DNA from: Octopus bimaculoides
Taxonomy: Eukaryota
DNA length: 64,000 nucleotides
NCBI RefSeq assembly: GCF_001194135.2
Contig: NC_068983.1
Coordinates: 66,950,245 to 67,014,244 of the forward strand
Direction of reading: 5' to 3'
Below the pieces are notes generated by a model. The model saw nothing but the letters and a program-made list of their open reading frames with translations. It had not been told where the DNA came from and made no database searches. Of the stretch, positions 42,318-55,906 are shown piece by piece; the stretch's first letter is position 1, and the number at the start of each line of letters is the position of its first letter. The translations under genes were made by a program, and so were the position numbers.

Positions 42318-42386
42318 TTGACCTAAAGTTTGGTAGTTCACACTTCAGAAATGTTGTTTTCTGGGCATTTCTACTCAATAGTGCAA
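42318..42386 (-). CDS. Weak candidate 69-nt phase 1-1 exon (VALLSRNAQKTTFLKCELPNFRS)
   Basis: Minus acceptor cactgttttcag| and donor CAA|gtaagt; symmetric, single open frame; no homology recognised. Confidence 0.2.
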
Positions 42387-43054
42387 CTGAAAACAGTGCC
42401 ATTTATTGATATCTAAAGAAGATCAGAAAAATGCTCCACAAAGTGATAGATATAAAAATGTTCTGTAGTCAACTAGTATTTATCATCTCTTATTCAATTG
42501 ATTTTTTCTTCAATTTCTGACAGACTGCTTTTGTTCAGTCTTTCCAAATTTTTTCAGCTTTGCATTACGTCTCTCTCAATTTCTCTCAGAGTTGTAAACA
42601 TATTTCCATACTCATTCACGAAAATACATACATGTGTGCATATATACAGATAGTCACTCAGTGTGTGTGCATTAGTGCACATATGTGTACATATATAATC
42701 CTACATAGTGTATGACACATTCACACAGATATCAAAGTAAATATATGTGTGAACATACTGGAGATATTGTTAATGTGTACATACGGCTGTGTTAACCTAA
42801 TAAAACTTTCAATAAAAGCATTTAATGGAATTTTTATATTTCTATAGGATTAACCCTGATTCTTCTTGGAATAATACAAACATTCATATCTAGAAGTAAC
42901 GTTTTTTTTTTTTAGTGTAATTAAATTTAACTTGATTATGAATTTATTTTCTTCTAAACTTGATGGTATTCAAGTGAAAAAAAAAGAAAGAATCAGTTAA
43001 ATTTCAGATTAGTAAAAGATACTAAAAATACATACACACAAACACCCTCAATAG

Positions 43055-43335
43055 ATGCTAACATAGCTGTGTGGGTAAGGAGTTTGCTTCCAACCATATG
43101 GTTTCAGGTTCAGTTCCACAGTGTGACACCTTAGGCAAGTGTCTTCTACGATAGCCCAAGAGTGATTTTCAAAATCTTGTTTGGAGTGTTTATTGTTCAA
43201 TAGACTGTGATATTATTACTTCACTTGGAAACAGGTTGGAGGTGACATTACGAAGGGCATCTGGTCGTAGAAAACTCTACACTAATTTACACTTGTCCAA
43301 GCATGTAAAAGTAGATGATAAAACAATGTTGATGC
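43055..43335 (+). mobile_element. SINE-A head fused to an RTE-type tail
   Basis: gctgtgtgggtaagg...ggttcagttccac...ggcaagtgtcttctac, then tail as at 10255-10460. Confidence 0.7.
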
Positions 43336-44192
43336 TACACACACTTATATTGAATGTAAAATGCATTTTGCAGAGGCTCTATGGAAGGCTATGTGTGTTT
43401 CAAACATTATATAAAAAGCACCTTTTAAAATTATTATGCTCTAATATTTATATAATCCACTGTGAATAACAGCATTCTCTGCTGGATTCATTTTTTTTAT
43501 TGTTTATTGTGATTAACAATTTTTACTTTAAACTGAGACCAATTTCTACATTTCTTTAAGAATGTGTTTAAAAAAATTTGGCTTTGAGATTTTTTGCATT
43601 TCTTCATCATATGATAATCGGAAAATGTATTATTGAGTTTCCCCTGCAAACAAACATATCTATTGTCTTTTTATGTGGCAGCAAAATGCTGAAATTCTAA
43701 AATTCTAGAGTACTATTGAAAGTACTTAATAAAGTAAATGGTAAAACCTGAGGCAAGTAGTATTGGTTTGCATTGGAAGTTAGTGATTGTAACGAATTCA
43801 AAAGTAGAAGATATTTGCTTGCTATGAAGAAGAAGCAAGACTGACATTTTGGGTTCTGTTTTTCATCAGAGTAATGTTTTCTGATTCTATCAGATGAATA
43901 GATAAGAAGTAATTGAATGGTTTTCCCTTAACTAGTTTGACTAAATTTTGCCAAAGCCAATTTTGTTTTCCACTCTTTCAGGGTTATTGTTGTTTAATTC
44001 CAGGTCAGCCCTGACCAATCAAATCTTTAATCAAAATCATTTCAACCATCTCTTAGGCATTGAGTATCCATGACTACCTTATCCAGTGTGACATTATTAT
44101 TACTGTACTGTAACTATTATTACTATTGCGTCAATTCTTACAAATTTACATAGGTTTATCTTACAATATACACTTATGTTGAGAGGAGGGAG

Positions 44193-44228
44193 ATAGAAAT
44201 AGATAGATAGACAGATAGATAGATAGAA

Positions 44229-44272
<44 letters not shown>
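44193..44272. repeat. (GATA)n
   Basis: Read directly. Confidence 0.95.
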
Positions 44273-44273
<1 letters not shown>

Positions 44274-46624
44274 AAGGAGAGAAAGAGTGAAAGACATTTG
44301 AGAAATGTTCATCTGCACATGTATGTGCAACAATTTTGCCAGCTCTGATATTTGAAACCAAAGATATGAATATTGACAAAATATAGTTACTTATAATCTA
44401 AATTTATCAATTCTGTTTCATGCATTATTGACAATAACGATTTCTGAATGTGTATAAACCACAACTAATCTAATGTTTTCGTTATTACATATATTATCTT
44501 ACATGTTATTACTTTGGTATTCAGGCTTTCCTATTGTTGAAAATTTTGTTTTATCAACTTCAGTTGTTATTTATAGATGCTTGATCCTTTTATGACTTTG
44601 AAGAGAAAAACTCATTTCTTAGTTCAATCATTCAGATAACTACATATTCTTAGATTTATAATCTCCTAACTAGAACCTTATTGGCAGTTTCTTTACAGTG
44701 TTCGTTTCTGAGAATTAGATAAATACTTAGGGATTAGGAGAATTTTATTTCTGGTCATGTTCGCATTCTGTCAAAAATCTGGGTTGATGCAGAATATAAA
44801 AAAAAGATAACATAATTCAGAAAAATATGATGGTTAAAGGAAAAAGCTTAGAAAATCCTTCACAAACCTGAAATGGCAAGAAGTTCAGATTTAAAAGAGC
44901 AAATGTTCATTGTAAGAACTGCCCTAGTACAACCTAATATTTTAGAAATGAATACTTAAGAACAAACAAGAATAAGAGACAGTAGTTCCAGCCATAATTC
45001 AGTATTGGTTATAGAACTATGAAATAGCATAAAATATATTGTTTTTTTCTATTTTGCATTAAATGCTAACTGTATTAAAATATTTTCTATAATAGAAAAA
45101 ATATATTAGATGGTAAAACAAAACAAAAATAAGAAACAAATAGTAGTTGATAAAATCTTAGCTGTGAATTTTTGTTTTATGTCTTACATTTTTTTCAGTA
45201 AATGAATTTTTTCTGTTCATTTTTTTTTCATTTGAATTATATCTTTGACCTAATTTTCTTATCTTCTTTGTGCTTGATTTTAATTTTTTAAATATTCAAA
45301 CATTGCCAAATGTTGAAAATCTTTTTGGAAGAGAAATTTTGCCAGGCTTAATAGATTCTGTTATTTTTTTAATTATAAATTTGTTTTATTCTTTAGAATG
45401 TATTATAATCAATCAGATCAATTTGTCATTAAAAGGCTAATTTCATCACTTCACTACTTTTGTTGCAACAAATTAGTCTCTGCTATATCGTCTTTTTATG
45501 GAAAGTTCATAAAAAAATTCCTAATCTGGCCTAAATTTTATCTATGACAATATCTTTAATCAGTCCTGTTAAAATTTTCTATTAGAATTAAAGCTCTTGT
45601 TCAATGTAAAGCTAGAATAATAATAAAATATATATTCACTCATATCATCATCTTCATCATCATCATCATCAACAACAACAACATTATCATCTGTGATGTA
45701 TATATTGATTTACATGGCCCTTTATAGATTAGATATGTTGAGAAAATGATCTCTTTTAAATCAATTATTGCATATAATCTTAAGAGTGTTACTGTCAAAT
45801 ATACAGTGGTTTTAGTTAAGGTCATGTTCTCTAATAGCATTGCTGCCATAATTAATAAATAGTTTCTTGCATGGTAGTGGAAATAGTTTATGGCATATCT
45901 CTGTAGATGTTAATGAGCAGGGAAAACAAATTTTTTTTATTGGTTCCGATTGATTTGTATCTGCTAGAAAGTTCTGGCTAAACAGATTTAACTGATAGAC
46001 ATGTTGATGCTACAAATCTACATGCATTGTAATAATCACTGTTTGAAGTATATTAGTCATCATATAAGGCATCTAAATATTTTTTAACGTGTATAAATAT
46101 TAATGAAACAATAATAGCAATAAATTAATTTACAATTTATTCATTCTATAAAGTAGTTTTAGTGTTTGAACTTCAGTTATATAGAGCATGCATTCTAGAC
46201 AGCAGAAGGATTGCAATTTCACATCTCACTTTGTCATTTATAAATTATCAAATTTACCCAAATTGTAAAGATATATTGGTATTTATATATATCTCAAACC
46301 TGTTAAAAGACTTGTATGACCTTTGTTACATTCAGTTGAAGAGAATTCAAATATGCTTTTTGGTTGCTATTGGCATCAGCCATGGTTTACTTGACTTGTG
46401 AAACTTCTCTATTTTGCAAATACTGAAAATATTTTAATCGTGAAGACAAAAAGTTCAGTAGTCTACCAATAGAACACCACCAACAGCAAGCAATAAATCA
46501 TTAATCATCATTTTACTGTTGTCAGACTTGACTTTGCTTAGGAGATGACTACTGAAGCAGAATTGAATATCCATGCTGCTTTTCAGGTAGTAAATTTCCT
46601 TCCCCCACCTTCCACCCCTCTCTA

Positions 46625-46658
<34 letters not shown>

Positions 46659-46974
46659 TCATACACACACACACACTCATATACACACACACACACACAC
46701 ACTCATACACGCACAGGGAAATTCTTGAATTAGTGATCAAGGAGACCTGCATTTCAAAGATGCCCCTGTAAGGATTATTTAGACAACTGTAGAGCAATTA
46801 GTAATATTTTGTAGGTTTATCATTTGAGCAAAGAGTCTTTGCTTTCACTAATTCAATAGGTCTTTAGAAACAAAAGCTACTGAATTTGCAAACACAGTCA
46901 TTTCAGAACATTTCTTTTGTGATACAAATGTTTGGAATCAATTTGATTCATGTATGCACAGATATGTATACGCA

Positions 46975-47560
46975 TATCATCCTCATTATCATTTAGCATT
47001 TATTTTCTATGCTGGCATGGGTTGGACTGTTTGAAAAGAGTTGGCAAGCCAGAGGATTGTGCTAAACTCTACTGTTAGCTTAGGCATGGTTTCTATGGCT
47101 GGATGCCTTTCCTAATGCTAACTACTTTAGAGTGGGAGCTTTTTACATGACACCGGCATGGCAAGGTCACTAAATAACTTCCAAAGACCCCTCACCTAAA
47201 AGAGAGAAAGACATTGAGGGTGGTGGTTTTGTGCCAGATAATGGATATGGTAGAGGGACAGAAATAGGTATTGCGTTGAGGAGATACATGATTACCCTCA
47301 TTGGAGTGAGAGAGAGAAGATGGTAATGGAGATGTGCCAGGGTATCCTCAAGGTACAAGGAGGTGAATGTAATGTAAGTGAAGTGTTACAGAGAACTGGA
47401 CAGATTGAGTGAACAAAGAGTTCACAAAAGAAAGGGAAGGAGAAGAAGGATACAGTGATTGGTGAACACAGGTGAATAGGGGAGTGGCAGGATGGCAATG
47501 GTACAGTTGCCAGTGGGTAGCCATTGAGCTGCAGAAGCAGAGGGCAAAAGACTACTATAC
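46975..47560 (-). mobile_element. RTE-type 3' UTR, decayed
   Basis: Homologous to 21930-22090 and 31400-31800. Confidence 0.7.
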
Positions 47561-48659
47561 TGCATGATAAGATGTAGTTTGCTTCATTTGGGGGTTGAGT
47601 GATTCCTCTTATGCCTACCTTTTCTCATAAACATTCATATGTACATACGTGTATAAATATGTCCCCATATATGTTTAGATATAACTCAGTACAATTTGTA
47701 TAACCATATACAAAACATATATGTATACCTTAACACATAAATCTATGTGCATTTATACACGTATATTCACATACATATGTCTACGCACATATTCTTACAT
47801 ATATATACTCATATATCCATTTACATACCTCATATACTTTCATGCACACACGCACACATTATTGAATTAGTGAAAATAGAAATTCTTTGCTTAAACAACA
47901 AATATATTTATACATGTGTATATGTATGTATGTATATGTAACTTTATAAATATATGTATATATATGTGTGTGTATGGATATGTCCGAGTGTTTGTTGTGC
48001 ATACATCTATATAAAGAGAGAGAGAGGGAGAGCACATTTTAGGTTTAATGAAGGTATAAAAAATATTTTGTATTTAATTCAAAGTGTAGAGTAATATATT
48101 TGTATATAAACTAATACAAATTACAAATATTTTCATTAAGGTTACAAATAATTTCTTGTCTTAAATTCATTCATCATATTCTGTTGTTTATTCATTTCTG
48201 CCAAATTCTGAAATGATAAACTGTTTCCCTTCTGTCTTAGATAGCAGAAATGAGTTATTTTCCCCTTAATGAGGGAATGGAATAAATACATGGAAAATAA
48301 GAAAAAGATGAGGGGTGCATAAAGTAATGGAAGAAAGAATACAAAAAAAACAGAAGTGAAAATAAATTAACTGAAAAGCAGGAATATGTTAACATATAGA
48401 TATGAATTTTTATGTTGTTTGTGAACAGTTAGGTAAAGGTAGTATGGCCCTGTTATGTTATAGTTGCTTTCTCAAAATGTCTGCACTTCCAAAAATCTCT
48501 GACATAGTGTTCAAATTTAGGCCATTGTTATGTAGGCTTTTGAGGATCACATTTTTGCTTCCCTTCTTGTAGTGTTTGATCTATTTAATGTTGTAATTAG
48601 GTTTTCATTTTAATTGCCAGATGCAACTACCTAGTTATATCGCATTTCTCTTTTCACTA

Positions 48660-48875
48660 TATATTGATTTTAAATTTTGGCACATGGCCAGCAAGCTCAG
48701 GGAAGGGGTAAGTCAATTGCATCAACCCCAGTGCTCAACAGGTACTTATTTTATCAACTCCAGAAAGATGAAAGGCTGAGCTAACCATGGCAGAATTTGA
48801 ACTCAGAACATAAAGAAGGGTGAAATGATGCTAAGTATTTTGCCTGGTATGCTAACGATTCTGGTAGCTCGCCAC
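48660..48875 (-). mobile_element. SINE-C
   Basis: Aligns to 23472-23672. Confidence 0.8.
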
Positions 48876-49079
48876 TATATATTATTATATATTAAGAGAG
48901 GATTATGGTTGCAGAATCACTGTTGAACTTTCCTTCAGTCATGTTTATGTATTATTTATGTATCCCCATCAATGCTTGGCTTTAAATAAGTGATCTCTGG
49001 TTCATAAATTATAGCTTCTGCATTGCAAGACTTATTTAGTGTTCATGCTTCTGCGTGAGCTTTTAGCTTCAATAGTATA

Positions 49080-49139
<60 letters not shown>

Positions 49140-50695
49140 ATATATACAGAGAGAGACAACCTGACAGACAGAGGCACAGAGACACATACACACAAGTACA
49201 CACACTACATACAAACATACTGTTTTATGCACTTACTGAAATTTGCTGTTTATGCTATGGTATTGGCATGTTTTCTGCCAGCCACTGTTTTAAGTTCTTT
49301 AGATCTTTGATATTCTTTGAAATGTTTCTATGCAAAATATAATCTTTGTTTATTTTCAAAGAATCTCAAATTAACAACGAGTAATGAGACTGAAGCAGTG
49401 CAAAGGACATAACAGTATTCAAACTATAGCCTGTAAGATGACAAGTTCAAAATTTATCAAATGTCAAGGAAAAGAAGTTAATCTGTGAAAAACTTAATGC
49501 TGGAAATTACCAAAATCAAAATAAAATGAAAACAATGAAATAATGGGTTGTTTAAAACTAGCTGAGCCATTACTAATCACATGAGACTTCATCATTAGTG
49601 ACAAAGAAACCACCACATAAAGCATTTCAATTATTAATGAACATTAGGGACTGGCATAATCAAAGTGTCTAATTTGAGATGATTCATTATTTGCTTGATT
49701 TCATTTATAGCTTTGATAATTTTTAAAGTTTCTGTTAAATCAATTTACCATTGCATTTGTGCATTGTTTTGTTTATCAAAAGAAACACATGATTATCTCC
49801 AGTGTTTGATCAGTTGTAGTCTGTCTTCACTTTGGCTGAGATTTTGATGGTGTCATACATCTTGGGTTAAATTATTCAAGATTGCCTCATTGAAAGCTTT
49901 TGGTTTCCTTTTAGTCCGGATAGCTTTTTTAAAGAATGTTATATAATTCTATATTCCTCTCATTTATGCTTAATTGTTCATTACTTACATCTATGGCGTC
50001 TTGTTTAGAAATTTAGAATTTTAGTAGTTATCATTATTTAACTAACATTCCACTTGTCTTAACATGCTTTTTGAGAAAAGAAGCATTTTGTTACCATTTA
50101 AATCTATGATAAATTATTTGTATAGTTTTTAAATTAATTTAGTTGCCTGTTAAAATTCCTTTTTAGGACTCATGAACTTATATTATTATATCTCTGTATT
50201 AAACGATCGTCTGCAAGAATCAAAATTCTTATATATTTTAACAACTTGTCTCCTCTGTTTTTAACTAAATTGAAGGGATTTATGGAACTTTATTCCATAA
50301 ATTCTCTATACATTATATACAAGTACTACTTTCATATCTTCGCAAATTTACACCTGTAAACTCCTAGCAAAGTATGAAAAATCAACATTAGAAATCTTTT
50401 TTGGAAACCTCCAATTAAAGGAATAATCTACATTCAACATTTATACACCTATATATATATATATATNNNNNNNNNNNNNNNNNNNNNNNNNNNNNNNNNN
50501 NNNNNNNNNNNNNNNNNNNNNNNNNNNNNNNNNNNNNNNNNNNNNNNNNNNNNNNNNNNNNNNNNNNNNNNNNNNNNNNNNNNNNNNNNNNNNNNNNNNN
50601 NNNNNNNNNNNNNNNNNNNNNNNNNNNNNNNNNNNNNNNNNNNNNNNNNNNNNNNNNNNNNNNNNNNNNNNNNNNNNNNNNNNNNNNNNNNNNNN

Positions 50696-50740
<45 letters not shown>

Positions 50741-51420
50741 TGTATATATATATATGTACACACACACACACAATCTTGCATAAATATATGCTGTTATTGG
50801 AATAGAATGCCAGGATTTAAAGACCTTGGAACAGGAAATATAAACCTATAGTTGTGATTATGGTAGTAGTGATAAAACTCTTTACTATTCCTTCTATTTA
50901 AATCGCTCTAACATTTCTGTGTATGTACCTTCTCCTTCACCCATCTCTCTCCCCTCCCTTACACTCTCTTACTCAGTCATTTCTATGACTTTCTTTTAGT
51001 AGAGTTGTAGATGATTTAGACAAGAAACTTCAACATGCATGTAATTCCTTATATTGATTTTCTTGTTAGGAATAAGGACAGTATTGAGAACGTTCCCCTC
51101 ATATTTCTTTCTATCCTATTTATCTTTCTTTTACTCTTGTCTGTCTTTGAAATACTTGTATTACTATTGCTGATGATACTTCTATTTCTGCTACAGTTTC
51201 ATATGTTTCTTCTTCCTCCTTTTCAATATACTGATATTTGTACTCTTTCTCTCCTCTGTCATGAACATTTGCATTATTACTATAACATAGTGTAGGTTTA
51301 TTTGGTTTTGGCATCACTGACATAAGCAGACACAAACCATTAATTGCCTCTGACTTTTCATAAAATTTCTACTAAAATTTTGTTAAAAATTATGCTTCCC
51401 TGCTATATTTGAATATATAT

Positions 51421-51579
51421 ACAGGCATGAATGCATGGTTAATAAATTTGCTTCCTTACCACATGGTTTTCAGTTCAGTGCTTCTGCAAAGCACCTTGCA
51501 TGTCTTCTACTATAGCCCCGGAACAACCAAAGCTTTGTGAATAGATTTGGTTGGCAGAAACAGAAAGAAGCCCTTAGTA
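51421..51579 (+). mobile_element. SINE-A 5' half
   Basis: Aligns to 9090-9245. Confidence 0.7.
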
Positions 51580-51760
51580 TAGGGGTCTCTAGAGTAGTCA
51601 ATATCGACCCCTGAGGGTCGATGGGACTATTCAAGGGCTCGATAAATGCCTGAAACTGTACATCTACTTAATTATTAATATCATTTATTTATTTTCTTGT
51701 CGATGAAAGGTCAAGGATTCCATGAAGGGGTTGATGTTTTAAAACGTTTGGGGACCCCTA
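51580..51760. mobile_element. hAT-type MITE (181 bp) nested in SINE-A
   Basis: TIR TAGGGGTC(T/C)C at both ends; 8-bp TSD ccttagta (51572-51579) and ccttaata (51761-51768); internal hairpin atcgaccc-ctga-gggtcgat. Confidence 0.8.
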
Positions 51761-52379
51761 CCTTAATATGTGTGTGTACACATGCATATATGTGTGTGTA
51801 CACATGCATGCATGTGTGTGCATTTATGTACATTTGCACTTCTCCCCAGGGCAGTGACATCGGGATCATTTTTCTTGTCAACAGGTCATCCACTGGCACC
51901 TCAAAGCCATGCATGTGAAATAAGATATAACTTACTTGAAATATAGGTAAGAGGATCCAGTTGTGAAATAATGGCTTAAACATATATCCATACAACCCAT
52001 GTTAATGTGAAAACATGGACATAAAACAAAGATATGTATGTATGCATGTATGCATGCATGCATGTACATACATACATACATNNNNNNNNNNNNNNNNNNN
52101 NNNNNNNNNNNNNNNNNNNNNNNNNNNNNNNNNNNNNNNNNNNNNNNNNNNNNNNNNNNNNNNNNNNNNNNNNNNNNNNNNNNNNNNNNNNNNNNNNNNN
52201 NNNNNNNNNNNNNNNNNNNNNNNNNNNNNNNNNNNNNNNNNNNNNNNNNNNNNNNNNNNNNNNNNNNATATATATATATATATAATGTATATATATCTTA
52301 GAAGAATTTTAAACATTTTTGCATGTCTTTATAAACACTCATTTCTTTCTCTCCTCTCTCTCTCTCTCTCTTTCTCCAT

Positions 52380-52438
<59 letters not shown>

Positions 52439-54057
52439 CATACATGAATGAGTGGACAAATGAAAGAAAAGGGGGTACTCAACACATTTAGTAAGATATA
52501 CATGTTTTATATAGACTCACATATATGTGTGTGTATCTATGTATGTATATTTGCTTATGAAGAACAAATTGGCAATTAGATTTTCAGTAGAAATGGTAAG
52601 GAATCATATGTACTTACATACAAAAGAAAATATATTCTAGGAATGTTCCTGCTATTATCTCTTGTAAGAAACCTAAGAGACCTAAAGAGACATATACAAG
52701 TTTATAAAGTACTGTTAGAAGTTTACAAGGAATCTTATAGATATTAAAACAACTCCAGAGATCATGCAAAAAATATTTTAGATGTTTACAAGGCCTTGTA
52801 GAGGAAACTAGCAAATCTTTTTATGTTCATGATTGTGGTTATAGGCAGGAGTATTCAAATTTTGCAGCGTGGAAAATATATATTTGCCATTCGAAACACG
52901 AAAACTGCAGTGGAATCATGTTAGTTACCAGGTTGCAAATGATGCAGCAAAAGTTTTGACACCAAATAAAGTAAAGTTAAGTGTCTTTGTGTGTTTTTGA
53001 ATTGCTAATATTTGTCTTCCACACTGTAGTTGTTTTAATTTCAACTCACAATCTTGGATCAAATTGCTTTCCTGGCAAGTACATCTCTGAAATTCAAATT
53101 TTGGTCTATATTCTTAAACAAATCATTTATCTATTGCCGCAGTTGCTCAAAGTTTAAATACGTTGAAAATTTCATGGTTTCTAACTCCTCAAATATTCTA
53201 ATTTATTGAACTATCTAAAAATTTGTATTGTGAAATGAAAGAAAAATAGAGAAAAACATGAAGGAAACCAGATGAACTAGAAGAGGGTTAATATTACAAA
53301 CTTTGTTAACCAGCAAACCCAAATAAATGGTCATTAAACTCTGTGTGAAGGCATTAATGTAAGTTTACATGATAGAGGAAGAATGCTCCCAAATCAGTTC
53401 AGTCATAAGGAAGAAAAAAAAATTTAAGAGGCTGTAACAAAAATAGTAGATTCTATGAAATGGAAGTTTGTAGCTTCTTTTTTTTTTTTTTTTTTTTTTT
53501 TTGACAAGGTTTTAATGCGTGTAAACATTAAAGGTATTCAAATATATAAAACTTGACCCAAGTTAAACAAGCTCTAGTGTACAGTATCATACAATAATTG
53601 TGAAATGCTTCAATAATATATCTAGCATATCTACTTGTTTAAGTTTTGAAAAACTACAGGAAAGTCACTATTTCACAGTGCTCTCATGGATCTGCAATGG
53701 TATTCACCAAATATTTTATCAACGACAGCATCTGCAAATCATGGATAAACCCATGACCTTATAAGTTAATGTTGAAAAGTTGACAATATCATACATCACA
53801 ATATTAAAAAAAGCTAGGTGTTAATGACATACTAGTTGAGAATTATCATATGTAAAACAAAAGAACACACAAGAACATCTCTGTGAGATTACTTCATCTA
53901 TCAGAAATAGCAGCTCAATCTTTCTTAAATTACACTTTGTTGTTAAAGACAGAAGCAAATTGACTAATCTGTTCCTGGGTATCCTATGTTCAAGAAGCAA
54001 ATAGGATGACCATTGCTAGAATGTCTTTGATCATAGGTTTAATTGACCATGGTTGGT

Positions 54058-54092
54058 CTGCAATAACAGTACTACATGTACTGTTATTGCAG
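54058..54092. other. Perfect 15-bp hairpin with 5-nt loop
   Basis: ctgcaataacagtac-tacat-gtactgttattgcag. Confidence 0.8.
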
Positions 54093-54775
54093 TATATTGT
54101 TAGTGTGCTATAGATTCGAATGAATAAGTCTTTACATATAATTCCACTCATTATCATATACATAATGCATACTAAATTTCTTCTCTTGTATTCAATGAAT
54201 AAAATCTTTTCGTGTGTATACTCAGTGAATATAAATATTTCCTTTGTGGGGAAATAGCCAAGGGAATCCCAGGTTAACACTATTCTCTATATTTGTTTGT
54301 TTTCCAAAGTGAATTGGAGCTAGTCAAACACAATCTGAAATAGTAATAACTGTGTTAAAAAGTCTGAGAGCCAGTAATATCTACATAGATTTTCTTTTCC
54401 TTTCATTATTCTACTTCCTTCCTCTTGTTTGTCCCACTTCTGTTCTTTTCTTTCTCTTCCTGCATCCTCAGTCACATAACTTCCTGTTTTACTTCTTTGA
54501 AATTAAACCATTTAATCCACTGTTTCTTTCCCCTTCTTCATTATCATATTAATTCTTGTACATTATCTAGCTTCATTTCCGATACTCAACATATTTTACA
54601 GCTTTCTGATTAGGCTTTCTGTTTACTATCTTTTATCTTTCTTCCTATATCTCCTACCTAAATGCTTGACTCATTCTCTAATTATTCTCTACTCTCTCTC
54701 TTTTTCCCATGTAAATCCATATGTATGTTTATATCTATATATATGTGTGTATGTCTGTATGTATGTAAATACATA

Positions 54776-55248
54776 CAGTATTCCCTCGACTATCACAAGT
54801 GTTCCAACCCCCAACCTCCACAATTGGTGAAAATCCATGAAGTAGAAACAGAACTGTACTGTATTTTTTTTTTATTATTCTTATAATTTGTATGTATATA
54901 TTTTATTATAAATGCAAAACAACACCACACACTTGCCTCCCAAGTTTTGTTTTCTATTCGGTATGTAGAAGTCATTGTTTACTCATCTATGGTACACTAC
55001 ATATTTTCATTTAATATATTTCAATTAATGTGTCATACAGTGCAGTACTATACTGTATTTTTATTTAGCGGTTTATTAATTTTTAGGTGTGAAATAATTA
55101 AAATCTAAAAAAATCTAGATACCTACCAGCCGCAGAAACCCATGATATACTGAGGAGTTCGCGATATAAATTTACATATATTAACCAGAAGAATCCGCAG
55201 TGTACCGAGGGTGCAATAGGTGAACCGTGACATGGCGAGTGATTACTG
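54776..55248. mobile_element. Tigger/pogo-like MITE with TA TSD
   Basis: Left TA|CAGTATTCCCTCGACTATCAC; reverse complement of right end TA|CAGTAATCACTCGCCATGTCAC. Confidence 0.8.
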
Positions 55249-55369
55249 TATTCATATTCATATTAATTCATATTTGTATATATTCATATGTATGTATCTA
55301 TTATTTGTACTTGTGCATTAGTGTTTGTGTACATGTAGTGTGTGTATGTGTGAGTTTGTGTGTTTCATC

Positions 55370-55570
55370 TAAAAGCGCTCATGCAGCACCATGTAAAAGC
55401 ACCCATGTGGTGCCATGTAAAAGCACCCAGCACACTATAGTGACTGGCACAAGGAAGGGTTGTAGAAACCATGCCAAATCAGACTGTAGTCTGATGCAGC
55501 TTGCCACCTCTGGTCAAACTCTCCAACCCATGCCAGCATGGACAATGAACATTAAATGATGATGATGATG
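55370..55570 (+). mobile_element. RTE-type 3' end with (GAT)n
   Basis: ccatgtaaaagcaccc repeats...ccaacccatgccagcatggacaatgaacattaaatgatgatg. Confidence 0.75.
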
Positions 55571-55791
55571 ATATACATATAGTAATGATAATAATAAAAA
55601 TAATAATAATAATAATGATAATCCTTGGATGGAATTTATAAATATTTTGATGCATTGTTACATGCATTGCCACGAGTCACATGTTAAGATCATAGTCTAT
55701 ATTCTTGGGATGATTACAGTGCAGTCCATAGTATCCATGGACATTGGGTAGATCATGTTCATGAATTCAGTTCTTTGGGCAATATATATAT

Positions 55792-55906
55792 ATATAGGCA
55801 TATTACATTGAAAAACGGGTCCTCTTCTGATTACTAAAATTAAGCAATATCAAACTTAGTTAGTATTTAGATGGGTGACTGCTTGAGAAGCGTAAATATT
55901 CTAAGC
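55792..55906 (+). pseudogene. 5S rRNA-derived sequence (pseudogene or SINE3 head)
   Basis: Colinear with metazoan 5S (GGCCATACCACGTTGAAAAC...GTTAAGCAAC...GTTAGTACTTGGATGGGTGACCGCCTGGGAA) with mostly transition changes; A-box and C-box recognisable. Confidence 0.8.

Noticed and set aside
51886-51947. Plus-strand segment with good acceptor and donor
   Set aside because: Stops in all three frames; at best non-coding.
50415-52491. ORFs of 83-158 aa, plus the 327, 345 and 271-aa ORFs at 61257-62449
   Set aside because: Their length comes from N-runs and (TA)n. Only the Tx1-derived parts are real coding sequence.
53990-54280. 96-aa minus-strand ORF
   Set aside because: No motif, no splice support, and composition like the background.
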